A stretch of DNA of 64,000 nucleotides from Octopus vulgaris (GCA_951406725.2 OX597825.1:3348001-3412000), one strand, 5' to 3'; shown: positions 26,975-40,693, numbered from the stretch's first letter. The notes: a model not told the origin generated them from the sequence alone. Numbers and translations: made by a program.

Positions 26975-27110
26975 TTATTTCATTCTTATATTCTTTAGAC
27001 TGCAGCCATGCTGGAGCACCAACGTGAAGAGTATTAGTTGAATGAATCGACCCCCAAAATTTATGCTTGTAAGGCTGGTAATTATTTTATCGATCCGTTC
27101 TGCCGAACCA
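26975..27110 (-). mobile_element. SINE family A 3' fragment
   Basis: GACTGCAGCCATGCTGGAGCACC...GAATCGACCCC...TTTATCGATCCGTTCTGCCGAACC, truncated at (TA)n. Confidence 0.8.
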
Positions 27111-27130
27111 ATATATATATATATATATAT

Positions 27131-27443
27131 ATTAATTTATAAATAAGGATAATATCGATATTTAAATATCGATATTATCAAGTGGTCAGCATAGGAAAAA
27201 TACCATAAAAGGTAATAATTTTTTTACAACTAACAATAAGGGTGTCTGAGAGACATCACCATGCCGAAATAGCAGTCAAATCCCTGACTCTAAAAACCAC
27301 GTTAAATGTTCCTATCGCACCATGAGCTAAGACAGAGGGACAAAATAGACTAGCAAAAAATATTACTGAATAACTCAAGATCCTGGATTTCTAGCTTTGC
27401 TTTAAATAAGCTTTACCATCATCGGTTGAATATATCAAGGTAC
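27131..27443 (-). mobile_element. Short non-coding element carrying a hammerhead-like motif (Penelope terminal repeat or retrozyme-like)
   Basis: Bounded by (TA)n on the left. Contains the motif at 27373-27431 and a 32-bp perfect palindrome at 27148-27179. A 139-bp part is present in inverted orientation at 30103-30241. Confidence 0.6.
27373..27431 (-). ncRNA. Type-I hammerhead-like motif (CCGAUGA core)
   Basis: AUUCAA-CCGAUGA-UGGU-AAA-GCUU(AUUUA)AAGC-AAA-GCUA-GAAA-UCC(A)GGA-UC-UUGAGU. All three stems pair (with G-U), cleavage triplet AUC, U4C core variant. Confidence 0.65.
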
Positions 27444-27597
27444 ATAAATACAAATATATATATGCAGAACAAATGTTATACTTACATATACGAACGTCCA
27501 TACATACATATATATGAACGTATATACAAGGCTAGTTTAAATTGCCCGCCAATATATATACATATGTATGTATGTATGTATAGATAGATAGATAAAT

Positions 27598-27676
<79 letters not shown>

Positions 27677-27680
<4 letters not shown>

Positions 27681-27843
27681 TGGTCTGATCAATAAGTATC
27701 CGGGCTGTTGCCATTCTGAAGAAGCTAAAGGAAGCAGAGTGAAGCCACTGGCACAGATTGACCTTGAACGTTGCTGTGCATGAGCCCAAATTAATTGCAA
27801 TTAACATGTGATCGTCGCATTGGCCATGACGGAGAAAAATATC
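27677..27843 (+). mobile_element. 5' end of a mariner element (TIR, 5' UTR, start of transposase)
   Basis: Starts in (TA)n with GCGTGGTCTGATCAATAAGTATCCGG, a mariner-like TIR, and ends shortly after ATG ACG GAG AAA (MTEK). Confidence 0.55.
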
Positions 27844-29662
27844 AATAGTTATTTTTTTAGAATTCATCACGCGCTCTCACACACACGTACATACATATGC
27901 TTACACACACACACACACACTTACATACACTCACACAAACAAGCATGCACTCACCCAAATATTCATTGCGAAATAAGGAGCAAGGGGAGAATTAGAGGTA
28001 AACTAGAACATATATATATATATAGATATTTACCTCAAAATACACCGCTTTTTTATTTTTCTAATGATTAGTTTCACAATTTTCTAGAAAATTGACGGTT
28101 CGTTGTCAGCCAGGTATTTAGCACTTAGCTATCAACTATTCCCATAATCAGCACGGAAATAGATATAACGATGTGACAAGAATCTCCCGGGAGATCTTCA
28201 GTACATTCTCCATATTGTTTCGTGATACACTAAGGAGTAGACAAGTAGCAAATCCGAAATTTTATCTGATGATAAAACTACCAATTTCTCACTTCCTTCA
28301 CCTCGATAGGACTTGTCTTTCGTTGAAATTTACAACTAATTACAAAACCAAAAAAATATTCCCTCAGCTTCTCTTCATTATAAGACACAGATTATAAACT
28401 GCTTCAGTTAATAAACATTTTGAATGAAATGTGTTTTTTGCAAAGATATATTGACGTTCAATAGATAAAGACATAATCTTTGCAATACTTCAGAAAGAGA
28501 GATGAAGCTTTCATAATGGAAAATGTAATTCGTTTAGATTTCATTCAATCACAACATTTCTGGCTATAGATCACGTTTGAAATATTTCTGCTGTTTGTTC
28601 GGTAAATTCTCATTTAGCTTGTCAGATATATATAAATATTAAAACACAAACACATAAAGCCTTCATTGCGCTGAAAGTTCTCTCTGTTTAAAATTTCATT
28701 GAAAAAAAACAAATGATTTATATATGAGAAACAAAATTTAATAGTGTGAACGTGTTTTGTTTAATTAACGTATTTCATGACCATCACTATATGTATGAAC
28801 TCCATATAAAAATACCGTTCTTCTACTGTTTAAGAAAAACCATTTTAATATTGCTTTCAATGCAATGATGGGAAGAGTTCCAGAAATTCCCTTTATATCC
28901 AGGTATATATATATTCCTATTTTTCCTGTGATTTGTAATATTGATGTACACATAAGCCATTGTATTACCTATTATTTGTATTAAACTTTAAACTAGACAT
29001 TTTGAAACAGAAATTCATTAAATATTTTCTAAGATTCCGAACAATACTTTTTACGTGCATCATATAAATCAAGAAAAAATCTTCTTTCGAATATTTTGGT
29101 GTCTTTTATATTGTTTTGTTTTTTTCTTTAAAACCTTTTCTACGTATATTATAGGATAGTTTTTCTTATAGCCATCGATGCACGTTAGAATTTTTCTAGT
29201 TCATAATATTCCTGTTTACTACGGTGTCATCTATTCCATCATAAATTTACATCGTTTACGAAACTTAGAAAGTACATCGTCGACAATTGGATGGAAATAT
29301 TTATAAGCATTTATCAAATGAGTGAAAGTGTTATAACGTTGTCAGGCATATGCTTCTATATTTCAGGGCATTGCATTAATAAAACTTATATACATAATAT
29401 GAGGAGCAACGAAAATGCTTATTCCGAAAAAATTCCGATAAATTCACGAAAAAAATTTCCACAAATTATACCTTCATATTTCATTGCATTTCGTTTTGAA
29501 ATAATATATGCAGAAAGCTATAACCAGAATATCAACCGAGAAAATACATTCGTAATGACATTCGTAATGACATTTTTATATGATTCATTCTGCAAAGTTC
29601 AATTCTTTTCTGATTAAATAATGAGTTACTGTTTAATACACGTTTGAAATAACGCACTTTTA

Positions 29663-30345
29663 TATTAGGTTGTGAAGAAAGTTCTTGCGGAATTTTAAAT
29701 TTTGGTTTTAAATGATGAATTTTCAAATTCATTTTCGTTAAATTACTTTGAATTTATATATAATTGGAAAGCCCGAGTTTGTCTCCCTATCTAATCGTGT
29801 TACTCTTTTTTTCTTTTTGAATAATTAGGACATTTGTTCCGGTACGTTGAATACAACTTGAACAAAAAGTAAATTCACACAATTTTATTATTTCAGTTCA
29901 AGCTAGGCCGAAAAGCTATTGAAACAGCTCACGATATCAACGATGCGTTTTGCCCAGGAACCACTAATGAACATACAGCACAATGGTGGGTCAAGAAATA
30001 TCGTAGCGGTGACGAGAGTCTAGTAGATGATAAGCGTAGTAGTCTGCAATTGGATGTTGATAACGATCAACTAAGAACCTTAGTCGAAGCCAATCCACGC
30101 ACGTACCTTGATATATTCAACCGATGATAGCAAAGCTTATTTAAAGCAAAGCTAGAAATCCAGGATCCTGAGTTATTCAGTAATATTTTTTGCTAGTCTA
30201 TTTTGTCCCTCTGTCTTAGCTCATGGTGCGATAGGAACATTGTTCGAGAACATGTTTCTCAAAGAGGTTGGAAGAACAAAAATACCTGAGAAATGGGTGC
30301 CGCACAAATTGAACGACAGACAAAAAACAACGTCGTTTTGAAGTG
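29663..30345 (+). mobile_element. 3'-truncated Hsmar1-like mariner, interrupted by a 139-bp insertion
   Basis: TA plus TTAGGTTGTGAAGAAAGTTCTTGCGG TIR. Transposase N-terminus LFQFKLGRKAIETAHDINDAFCPGTTNEHTAQWWVKKYRSGDESLVDDKRS...VDNDQLRTLVEANPR, and after the insert KWVPHKLND (WVPHEL motif). Confidence 0.9.
30115..30173 (+). ncRNA. Second copy of the CCGAUGA hammerhead-like motif, inside the mariner insertion
   Basis: AUUCAA-CCGAUGA-UAGC...GCUA-GAAA-UCC(A)GGA-UC-CUGAGU. The base of stem II is fully Watson-Crick here; the first pair of stem I is an A-C mismatch. Confidence 0.6.
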
Positions 30346-33089
30346 ATAGAGATAACAGAGCATTCCACAGGTCGTCCTTTATTTTTGTGTACACTGGAAT
30401 AGTGCAAATTGAAATACAATCTTTTATGTTAGAATAGAATCCCTGGTTCAGAAACCGATCCTATCACTGTAAGTTCAACAACATAAACTCGAAACCAGGC
30501 AGCGAAGATCATAAATACATTTCAACTTCCATTTGAAATCACATAAAATGTATTCCTTACAGATTTTAACATTCAGATTCATTAAGTATAATGAGGGTCT
30601 TACAAAATACAAAATTCCAAAGATGTCTTCAAGAAGATGTTTAGTATTCCATAGGTTGAATGTAAATTGTTGATTATATGCTTAGTCGGAAGCTGGCAAG
30701 AATTCTGCATATAACTGGAATCGCGTTTGCATCAGATAGAAAGCTAACCCTTTCGTGCAAAGCACGTGATATTTTCTCCTTTCATTTTTATCTTGTTTTT
30801 GAAATTTACTAGAACAGCATGGTTCCTAATTTGAATTGAGGATTTTCAGAGAAATATATGCAGTAGATATTTCTCACTGTATTATGCATTTCTTTTATTT
30901 AACCGAAAACCACTTAAATTTCCATGACTACTTTTCTGGAGGCAGTTTTTATGGGTTTCACAAGTCAGTACGTTAGAAATTATATTCCTTTACTGAGTTA
31001 TAAATTACCGTTCCTAGGGTTTTGTAACTGCAAGTATAAAAATAACAAAGCAGAGGCTGGTTGTGGTACATCGTTGTTCATGATAATGTACTTTTCTCTT
31101 CGCATGCTTTGCATGAAATAACCAAAGTCTACGTCGTTAATTGACTTCTGGCTACAAGAGCGGTGATTCACTTCTGTAGTAATAACATCAATTATGTTCT
31201 TTTTGCAGAGGCACAATCTAATGCAACATTTACACAGCCGCGCTTCGCGCGCGTATGTATCTGAGTGTGTCTGTGTGTATTTTTTATATACACGAAGTAT
31301 TCGTGAATTCTACGCGTTATTCCATTGTAGACAAATTTTAAAATATCGATCCTCAGTTCATCCCAGATTCTTAATATCTTAGACAATGTGAATTAATGTG
31401 AAATAGCATAATGGTAAATGTTAGGGAAGGCTAGAAGCTCAAGTAATAACCGAGTAAAATACTTCCATCCTTTTTAGCGATACACTTTCTGCTTAAAGTA
31501 ATATATATTTAAGCACAAAAGTTTTGCGCTCAAAGTGTTATCTGTGGCAAGTTTATTGTGATAATTGTGTGCATGTAGGTATGTTTTTCCTGTGAGTTTA
31601 ATTTTCTTCGTTTTGAGGGAATTTCAAGCCGGTCACTAACAAAGCGACAAGGCTTTTTGAGTTGAAAGGGCTCCCGGTGTATGTGAAATGTGTTGAGTTT
31701 TTTGTGCCGGTTGCACTCAAAACGTTGTGTATATTTACATAAGAATCTCAAATGGAGTAAGCCTGTGGAAGAAGTTTTTCGAAAAGGAGGAAAATTATGT
31801 CCTTAAATACTGCAATTCTTCAATTCCTGCTTTTGTATTACTATATTACGGAAACAAGCGTGCTTATAGTTTTTGATTTACCCCCGTATATTAACTGGAT
31901 AACCATAGTTCATGACAACATTTTGTATGCAAAGTAAAAATGTATCTGATATTTCATTAATGTATTTAGTTATATTATAATTCATGTGTTGGCACTTTTG
32001 TTTATACTCATTCCATTAATTACTGGCGAGAATCTTGAAGTCATGTATCATTCACACATTTGTATTTAATAAAAATCACATTTCTGTCGAATAGAAACAT
32101 ACATAACATTTACAATTTTTGGTTTATTTTGTCTGATCAAAACTAATATAGTTTTCTACCACCTGCAATTTTCTCCCGGGTAGATCAAACAAAATAGATT
32201 TTGCAGTGTTAATGCAAAATTATTAGACAGCATAACAGGTGTTTCTTAGAGAGATCATATCTCTGTAGTTGTATTGAACAGCAAGCGATACTCCAATCTG
32301 AGATTATGTTATGTCTTTTCATAATACACTGCAGAGTACAAATGTTATAGAATTTTTCCGGATTATGGAAATAATTTATATGAAATCCTTGCCTCCTTAA
32401 TTTACTTTGAATAGCTTGTTAATAAGACGTATTTAACATGTAATACACTAATTTCCAAATATTAATAATATGCAAGCATTTTAAAAATATAACTTTTGGA
32501 AATTATTAAGAACTATTGATTGGTTTGAATACAATCGTAATACTCAATGTTGTTATAACTAAAGATTATTCCATTATTAATCGAAAATGATAAGTGCATA
32601 TTTGACAGGTTATGATGTTTCAAATATCAATGATGAAAATGTAGTTTGAAGTTTAGTCATACTGGGTGCACCTTGGGCAACTCATTTACAATATGGCTCC
32701 TGTCCGATAAAATCTTAGCGCTATTAACAATAAGAATTAAGTTTTCTTAAACACATACTACCTAATAACATTTGATATATTAACTACGTTTTTATTAGTA
32801 AGTTCTTAAAGGCTACAAGGAACTGTTTTATGCGTTGAACTACTCCATCTTAAAGCATCAGAGTGATAGTTCCATTGATTTACACAATTATACAGCTGGT
32901 ATACCCTGCAGGATCTTAGTATAAAGTTGATTTATTTACCATAGATCGACATACACACTGGCTGCATAATAATGCTATTTTCTACAAGGAGATACGACAT
33001 CAGAAATTTAATAGCGACCCTGATAAGTGCAACAAAATCGACAGAAAAAAGTTGATGATGTTGGTGACGATAATTAGCATGATGATGAT

Positions 33090-34840
33090 GCATTTAACAT
33101 TGCATCCATTATTTGTTAGAATATGGCGGGTGCAATTCTTTCTCCAAAAGGCACTCGTTTGAAATTGTAAAATCCCTTGTGCGTGTTGATTCTTAGTAGA
33201 TGTATGCAATCTTCTTCTAACTAAACTTGAAGGTACGTCTATGAGAGGTATAACTTCGAAACAAATTTCCATCCGTTAATTTAGCAAAATCTTTTTGGGG
33301 GCTTCTAAGTGAGTAATCGCATGTCAGTAAACAGTGTTTTAACCCAATCGAGAAGTCTGTGCACAATCTTAGCTTATGAGTTTTCTTTTTCCGTACACCA
33401 CTGTTGCCCAGTCTGCATGATCAATGTTTTTAATTATATTGAGACTTTCCAACATTTCCAGTTCTTTATTGACCGTCTGGAATTGAAAATAGGGGTTAAG
33501 TTTTCTTTGATAATAATCTTTTCTTTTGTTTTAGTGCAGCATCCTAAACCTACCGAAAAATCTTTTGGGAAAGTTTCTTTCAGTTTCCGTTTCAGTCAAT
33601 CGACCTCGTTCAACCGTCTGACTGCTCCGTTTAAATTATAGCACAAAGCTTTTATGGGTGTATCCCATAAATGAAATTACTCCATACATTCGGTGCCAAA
33701 TATATTCATAGATTTTTCAACTCATCAGCATCCATGTTCTAACTTTGAACATTATATTACAAACACGTTTGCCTGTCAAGTGTAATTTTCTTCCCGTAAC
33801 ACCGAACTGGATTTGTTCTCATGTTTTCTCGTTTATGATTATGATATCACTTCCCGTGTCTAATTCCACTATTCTGACAATATTATTTCCAATTCTCACA
33901 TTCACGAATTTTCTGTTTCTTCTAGTCACAACTCTTCCTACAGACAAACTATTTACTTCTTGTTTGTTCCATTTTCCTTGCCTAGATTTGCACTGCAATT
34001 TATATGTACTCGAAACCCACAGCGAAAACATTTTGCTTTTCTATATAAAGAAATTTTTGTTCAAGTGCATCTCACCACATGCACTTTTCTGACACTTACT
34101 GCAATGGCATTTCTAGTTTTGATAGAATACCTGTTCGGATTTCCGTATCCCTCTTATCCCTCAATCCTTGTGCAAAAATCAAGCACTTGAAAGAAACTGG
34201 AATAAGCATATCCAGCCTAAGTCTGTAACATTGTTTGTTGACTCTGCCTGTGTAAATAGTGAAGTCTTCATCTTCATTCTTTTCTGCATTTAAACGTCTC
34301 CATCTAGTATTAAGCAGTGAGTTCTTTTTACTAAACATTTTGCACAAAACGTCAAATATGTTGGTGAAATTAATGTCGGAGGCCTTCTTTATTGCAATAT
34401 GAAGTTACTACATTTCACATGCTCTGCTGTGCCTAGTTTACTGTAAAGTAGAAGCATTTTCATATCGTTCGTCCAATCCTGGATTTATTTTCAAAAATTT
34501 GTTGAAATATTCGGAAGAAAGCCTCGAAGGTTACTCCTTTTTTTTGAGATAATATTTGAATTCTCTCATAGATTTTACAAGGTCAGGGGAAAATGTCTTC
34601 TCCGGTTTGCTTAATAACTGTAATATTTGCTACTGCAATCATTGTTGTTGTCCTTGTTGTTCCTTGAGTTGTTGATGTTGTTGCAGTTTCCATATTTTAC
34701 GATTTTCGTAAGTTTGCACAAGAGTTTTTTTTCTTTTTTGTCCAGTTATTTACTTTTCCACGTGAATTAGTTTCAAATTTCCATGTGAATGATTTTTTTG
34801 TTTTTTCACTCCGTGTAAATTTGTTTTTCTTCGTCGTCAC
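33090..34840 (-). mobile_element. Gypsy LTR retrotransposon internal region (gag, protease, start of RT), decayed and 3'-truncated
   Basis: Gag SLLNTRWRRLNAEKNEDEDFTIYTGRVNKQC...FKCLIFAQGLRDKRDTEIRTGILSKLE; protease VELDTGSDIIIINEKT; RT INTRKGFYNFKRVPFGERIAPAIF*QIMDAML. PBS-like GTGACGACGAAG (cf. TGGCGACGAG) immediately after the LTR. Confidence 0.9.
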
Positions 34841-35182
34841 TGTTGTAAAGCGGTCTTTTGGGAATGTTATGTCTGTCTGTTGACGACAGATGTCGCTCTG
34901 ACACTTATTTGTTACATTCCGAAGTCATCGATAGAATGTTTCTATCTGGCATTATTCGACCCCCGGTCGTACAGTGTTATCATACTTCAAAGTTTGGATC
35001 GATATGACGTCAACTCAGTATCACGGTATAATTACTATATCAATATAGACATGACTATCAACACAGTCTACACGTACTCCCGACCTACTGGCATTCTCCT
35101 CTCGACCTGCTGCTGGTGTATTTATAATGGCTGGTTTCTACCACTTTTTACCGGGATGGGTGTACTGTTTCGCTATACAACA
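34841..35182 (-). repeat. 5' LTR (342 bp) of the Gypsy element
   Basis: Bounded by 7-bp inverted termini TGTTGTA (34841-34847) and TACAACA (35176-35182), directly adjacent to the PBS-like motif. Confidence 0.85.
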
Positions 35183-35975
35183 GATGCAATGATCAGCATT
35201 TAATCAATCGCATGATCTTTGAGAACTGTCATAACAAACACAGAAATCTCGGTTCCGCATGGATTGATTACAGGAAGGCCTTTGACTGAATACCACATTC
35301 ATGGATCTAGAAATGGCTGGCTATATTCAAGATTTCCCCTGTGATTCAAACTTCCTAAAGCACATGTCAGTGTTGAATACGAATCTCCGATTGTACCACT
35401 CTAATGGAGTGCTGACTACGAAAAATATTAATATCAACTGCTGCATTTTCCAGCGTGACTCGCTTTCACCTTTAATTATCTGCATAACCCTAATGCCCCA
35501 TGCAAGTGAACTTCACAGAACAGGGTATGAATATAAATTAGGTGACAAGAAAATAAGTCAGCGATTTTATATGGATGACTTAAAACTATATGGCAGAGAT
35601 GCTGATGAGCTTCAAGGACTACTACGTACTGTGAAAGCAGTCAATGATGACATCGGGATGACATGAAAGACGTTCGAAGTTTCATTCTGTTATGGAAGAG
35701 AGCAAAACTAGTTTATGCTTAATACCCGGGGTGAGCAGCACGATGGTAGTGCGGCAATTGTAGTTGAAAAGAAGGTTAAATCAATAGCAAAGCAAAATGT
35801 GTTTGAAGAATTCGCTCATAGGTGGCAACAAAAACCACCGCGTGGCGAATATATGGTCCATAGCAAACAAGCTGATGTAAACCAGAAGCACACCCATCAG
35901 TGGCTACGGAGCTCAGGGCTAAAGGTAGAGAGTTAATGCTTTATCTGCGCTGCTGAAGATCAAAGATTACTTATC
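35183..35975 (+). mobile_element. R4/Dong-type non-LTR retrotransposon RT fragment with an internal deletion
   Basis: CNDQHLINRMIFENCHNKHRNLGSAWIDYRKAFD*IPHSW; IFQRDSLSPL; FYMDDLKLYG; WQQKPPRGEY...THQWLRSSGLKVES. Confidence 0.9.
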
Positions 35976-37030
35976 CTCCAAAATATAGCTGAAACTAACA
36001 AGATTATTTGGGCTTCAGCTATGGTTGCTGCAGATAGAGTTGTAGAGGAAAGAAAATAATAAGCAGAAGTTAAAGAACTATTCTCGCGTAGACCAGTTTG
36101 TAAGAAACAAAGGTAAAGCACATTTAGGACAATCTGACAGGTTGAGTAGAGGTGAATTGCAGAGCGAAAGCATAAGAATAATGCTGAAAAGAAAATATAG
36201 AAAAAAAGATAAAGACTATGATGTCATATTAGAATTGATAAAAAGAGTAGTATCAATCAAAGCAAAACTGGAATAAAATGACAACAGAAATAAACAGTTG
36301 AGGCAAAACAGAGTTTTGGGAAGAAATCAGAAGAAACTTTCAGGAAACAGAAAGGTCAATTACACGTAACAATGGTACCAGATGCAGAGGAAAGCAGGGC
36401 ATTCTGCCAAGGGATCTGGGGTTAACCTATAGAGCATAATGATGAAGCGCGGATAGGAAGTCATCCATATAAAATTGATGACTTATTTTCTTGTCGCCAA
36501 ATCTATATTTATAAATTGCATGAAATCCAAATAACTTATGAAATATAGAAAGAAAGCCAACGAAATATAGAAGAAATAACGATGACTACAGACGTGATAA
36601 AAAACAGTTACAAAATTACCAAATTGGAAGAGCCTAGGACCGGGTGGTTTCCAAGATTATTGGGTGAAGAATCTGAAAGGGCTCCATGAAAGGAGAGCGC
36701 AACAGCTAGATGAGTGATTGCAGAAAGGTGCAGTATCAAGCTGGATAAAAAAAGGGAAAGACATTATTGTGAGCCAAGGATCTTGAAAAGGGAAATACTG
36801 CATCCAAATTTAGACCAATAGTGTGTCTCCTGCTAATGTGGAAACTAATGCCAGGTGCTTTGGTCGGTGAACAAAACTGGAAAACAGTGGGATGCTACCT
36901 ATTGAACAGAAAGTGCAATGAAAGATGAGCCGGTGGACAAAAGATCAGCTCTAAATCCATGATCTAATTATCAGGAGCTGCAAGATAAGACACACAAACC
37001 TGAGCACGGCATAGGTTGACTATCGTAAAC
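35976..37030 (+). mobile_element. Second R4/Dong-type fragment (pre-RT region through the early RT domains)
   Basis: GPGGFQDYWVKNLKGLHERRAQQL; KGNTASKFRPIVCLLLMWKL; WTKDQL...CKIRHTNLSTA*VDYRK. It covers the same RT region as 35183-35290 with a different sequence, so it is a separate copy. Confidence 0.85.
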
Positions 37031-37109
37031 AGAATTACTATTTAGCCTGAAAATACATCGTACATATCCAGAGAACCCACTTGGTGTACTGGTAGGGAAG
37101 GTTCTTCCT

Positions 37110-37208
37110 GTATTCTTTTATCCTCTTGTTTCAGTCATTTGACAGTGGCCATGCTTGAGCACCAAACTTTAGTCGAAGAAACTGACCCCTGGACCTATTC
37201 CCTGTAAG
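37110..37208 (-). mobile_element. SINE family A 3' fragment
   Basis: CTTGTTTCAGTCATTTGACAGTGGCCATGCTTGAGCACC...GACCCCTGGACCTATTCCCTGTAAG. Confidence 0.8.
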
Positions 37209-37689
37209 ATCCGATTCTCATATCTTCTAAGTACAACTGCCTTTTCTCTTGACTCATGTGTTCACGATTACGTTGGTCTCTTTCTCTCTTATTTTGAAAA
37301 TACTCTTCTCCTTGATCCTGGCTCAGTTGTCCTATCCTTCGCTAATGACTTTCCTTTCTATGCCGTAGGATACACTCCCTCTCCTCTCGGCTTATTTCAT
37401 TTCTTCTCTGTCTCATCCTCACCTGATTTTGATTCCTTATTACCTCCCACTGTTCCTCGCGTAACCATTGTCGTGCTGCATCCCTTATGCGATTATCCAT
37501 ATTTTAAAACTTGTTATTAAAACAATAAACCTCGAAATTGATTCAGAGTGTTTCAATTGAAATACGTATACGAATTTATTAAAAAGTCTTTGTTTAAAAG
37601 GTGAACACATTTCTGAAATACACATCTAATAGGCAAGGACACAATATACAGGATACGGTAATTAATTATATTGAAGGAAAAAAAAATTA

Positions 37690-38201
37690 AAGGGAAAAAT
37701 TGAAATAATATTTTTTGATTTTGTTCGGCTCTATGAATTCAATTATTTTAAATGCTTTCGTCAATTGTTTGATACAAGAAAAAAGAAATTGGAAAATTCC
37801 TGACCGAAACAGAGAAAATTTAACTTAACAAAAAATATAAGAGAAAGCTGCGTTTATTTCTACCACGTGACATTTATTATCGAAAATAATATATGAATGT
37901 GTGTGTGTGTATGACTTTTAGTTCTTGTTTACTTATACACATCAAAAAATGAGCCAATTGAACAACTCTTTGAGGCTGTGCAATTTGCTAGAAATAACAG
38001 TCAAATCTCTCTAGTAGTATGCTCTTGTTAGTATTAAGGAAAGGGAAAAAATAGAATTGATATTTTTTATTTTGTTCGGCTCTTCGAATTTGATTTTCTT
38101 TTTAAATGATTTCGTCTATTACTTGATACAGAAAAAATAGAAATTAGAAACATCTTGATCAAACCAGAGAAATTGTGACTTAACGATAAGTAAAGAAAGC
38201 T
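37690..38201. repeat. Diverged direct duplication of about 160 bp (37690-37850 and 38040-38201)
   Basis: Shared collinear blocks AAGGGAAAAA, ATTTTGTTCGGCTCT, TTTAAATG.TTTCGTC, TTGATACA, AGAAATT, CAGAGAAA, ACTTAAC, AGAAAGCT. Confidence 0.75.
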
Positions 38202-38480
38202 AAAGAAAAATTTGTTTTCGAAAGCCACACGATGGTTTTCAGTTGAAGTGTAATTTTATAATTGAAATAAATTCACAATCTGAATTTCGGAACATAAGTC
38301 TTAACGTGTTATCTGGTGTATCGCTGAATTCAAATGCGTAGAGGTCTTAAAACAAATGTGTGTGCGTGAGTGTGTGTGTGTGGGGGGGGGGGGTAGCGCC
38401 TTTAAAAGCCAGCGGCTAATTTCAGTTCGAACATGGATTTCAAAGACTTATCCGTCATTCCCGCTCACTCTTTCACACAA

Positions 38481-39060
<580 letters not shown>

Positions 39061-39096
39061 ATCAACAACAACAGCAACAATAGCGATAATAATAAT

Positions 39097-39137
<41 letters not shown>

Positions 39138-39151
39138 TAATAATAATAATG

Positions 39152-39215
<64 letters not shown>

Positions 39216-39311
39216 TATTAATAATAATAAGAAGAAGAAAAATAATGATGATGATGATGATGGTGATGATAATAATGATAATAATATGGCATGCCCTGCT
39301 CTGTCACTCAG

Positions 39312-39342
<31 letters not shown>

Positions 39343-39365
39343 AATAAGAAGAAGAAGAATAAGAA

Positions 39366-39396
<31 letters not shown>

Positions 39397-39463
39397 AAGA
39401 AGAAGAAGAAGAAGAAGAAGAAGAAGAAGAAGAAGAAGAAGAAGAAGAAGAAGAAGAAGAAGA
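39061..39463. repeat. Compound (AAC)/(AAT)n/(GAT)/(GAA)n microsatellite
   Basis: Directly visible; explains the poly-I/R/K/L/F ORFs. Confidence 0.95.
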
Positions 39464-40143
39464 GCAAAAGAGAGGGAGAGTAGAGTTGTCACAAACAAAA
39501 TGTACTTAAAATATTACACCAGTGTATGGATGTGAATCTTTGACAGGGTTTCTTTTTAATAGTCTGTGATAAACATTTTGATTGAGATTATAAAAAAAAA
39601 ATAACGTATATAAAAGAGTATGATTGCTCAACCAATTCTTCTGCAACTGTTTCCCAGTCAATTCAGACTTCCCTGAAATCCATTGCCAAGGAGATACAAG
39701 AATTACTTTTGATGAACCTATGGCTGCGTTATTGCAGATGTTCTTACAGTAACTTTTCTTTCCAGTTTTATTAGTGTTACTGTAGCTCATAGAGCCAAGA
39801 CAAGTTTTCATTTTTTGGGAGAAAAAAAAAACGCAACATTATCATTATATATGTGAAAATTACAATTGCTATCGTGTTTGCTTACCAATAGTTAGAATTA
39901 TTACTTTAGACGCACTAATTACATTTATTCCATTGTTCTCAACTGAACAATCAGTAGGTCTATCAAGAGAATCTACATTCCCCGTTGCGAGAAATGTTAC
40001 TGAAATAAATGTACTTATCTGATGTAAACAAACTTATAGATTGATGCATTAACAGATATTGTGACTGCAAACATTTTCATCTCTTTGCTTCAGCAGCAAT
40101 GCGTTCCTTACTGTACATGGATGTACATACGTATGTATGTATT

Positions 40144-40194
<51 letters not shown>

Positions 40195-40603
40195 AAATGC
40201 TTATATAGATACATGTTTAATATTTCTGTAAACAACGGTAATGATTTGTCGAATGCAGTCAACATAAATGGACAATTGCCACTTTGCAGCCTAAACTAAT
40301 GAAGCATTGATCTGACATATCGCGGGCAGCATTACGCAACGGGTTCAAGTGAGCTGGCGTGGGTACATGTATAAATGAAGGCCAGCATTAGTACCATAAT
40401 TTCTGAATATTAATGGCACCGCTGAGAATGGGCTTGGAAGCATTAATGCTGCTTACAGAGATATTAATCAAGAATAACGTGATAAGGATAATGATGTGGA
40501 TAATAATGGTAAATTGACAATGGAAGACGTGTGCACGTTAACCGTAGTGGTGATGGCTTTAATGTAGTTGCTTATGGTTCGTTTGACAGGGCGATGAGGG
40601 CGG

Positions 40604-40693
40604 TGATGATGATGATGATGTTGATGATGATGATGATGATGTTGATGATGATGATGATGATGTTGATGATGATGATGATGTTGATGGTGATGT

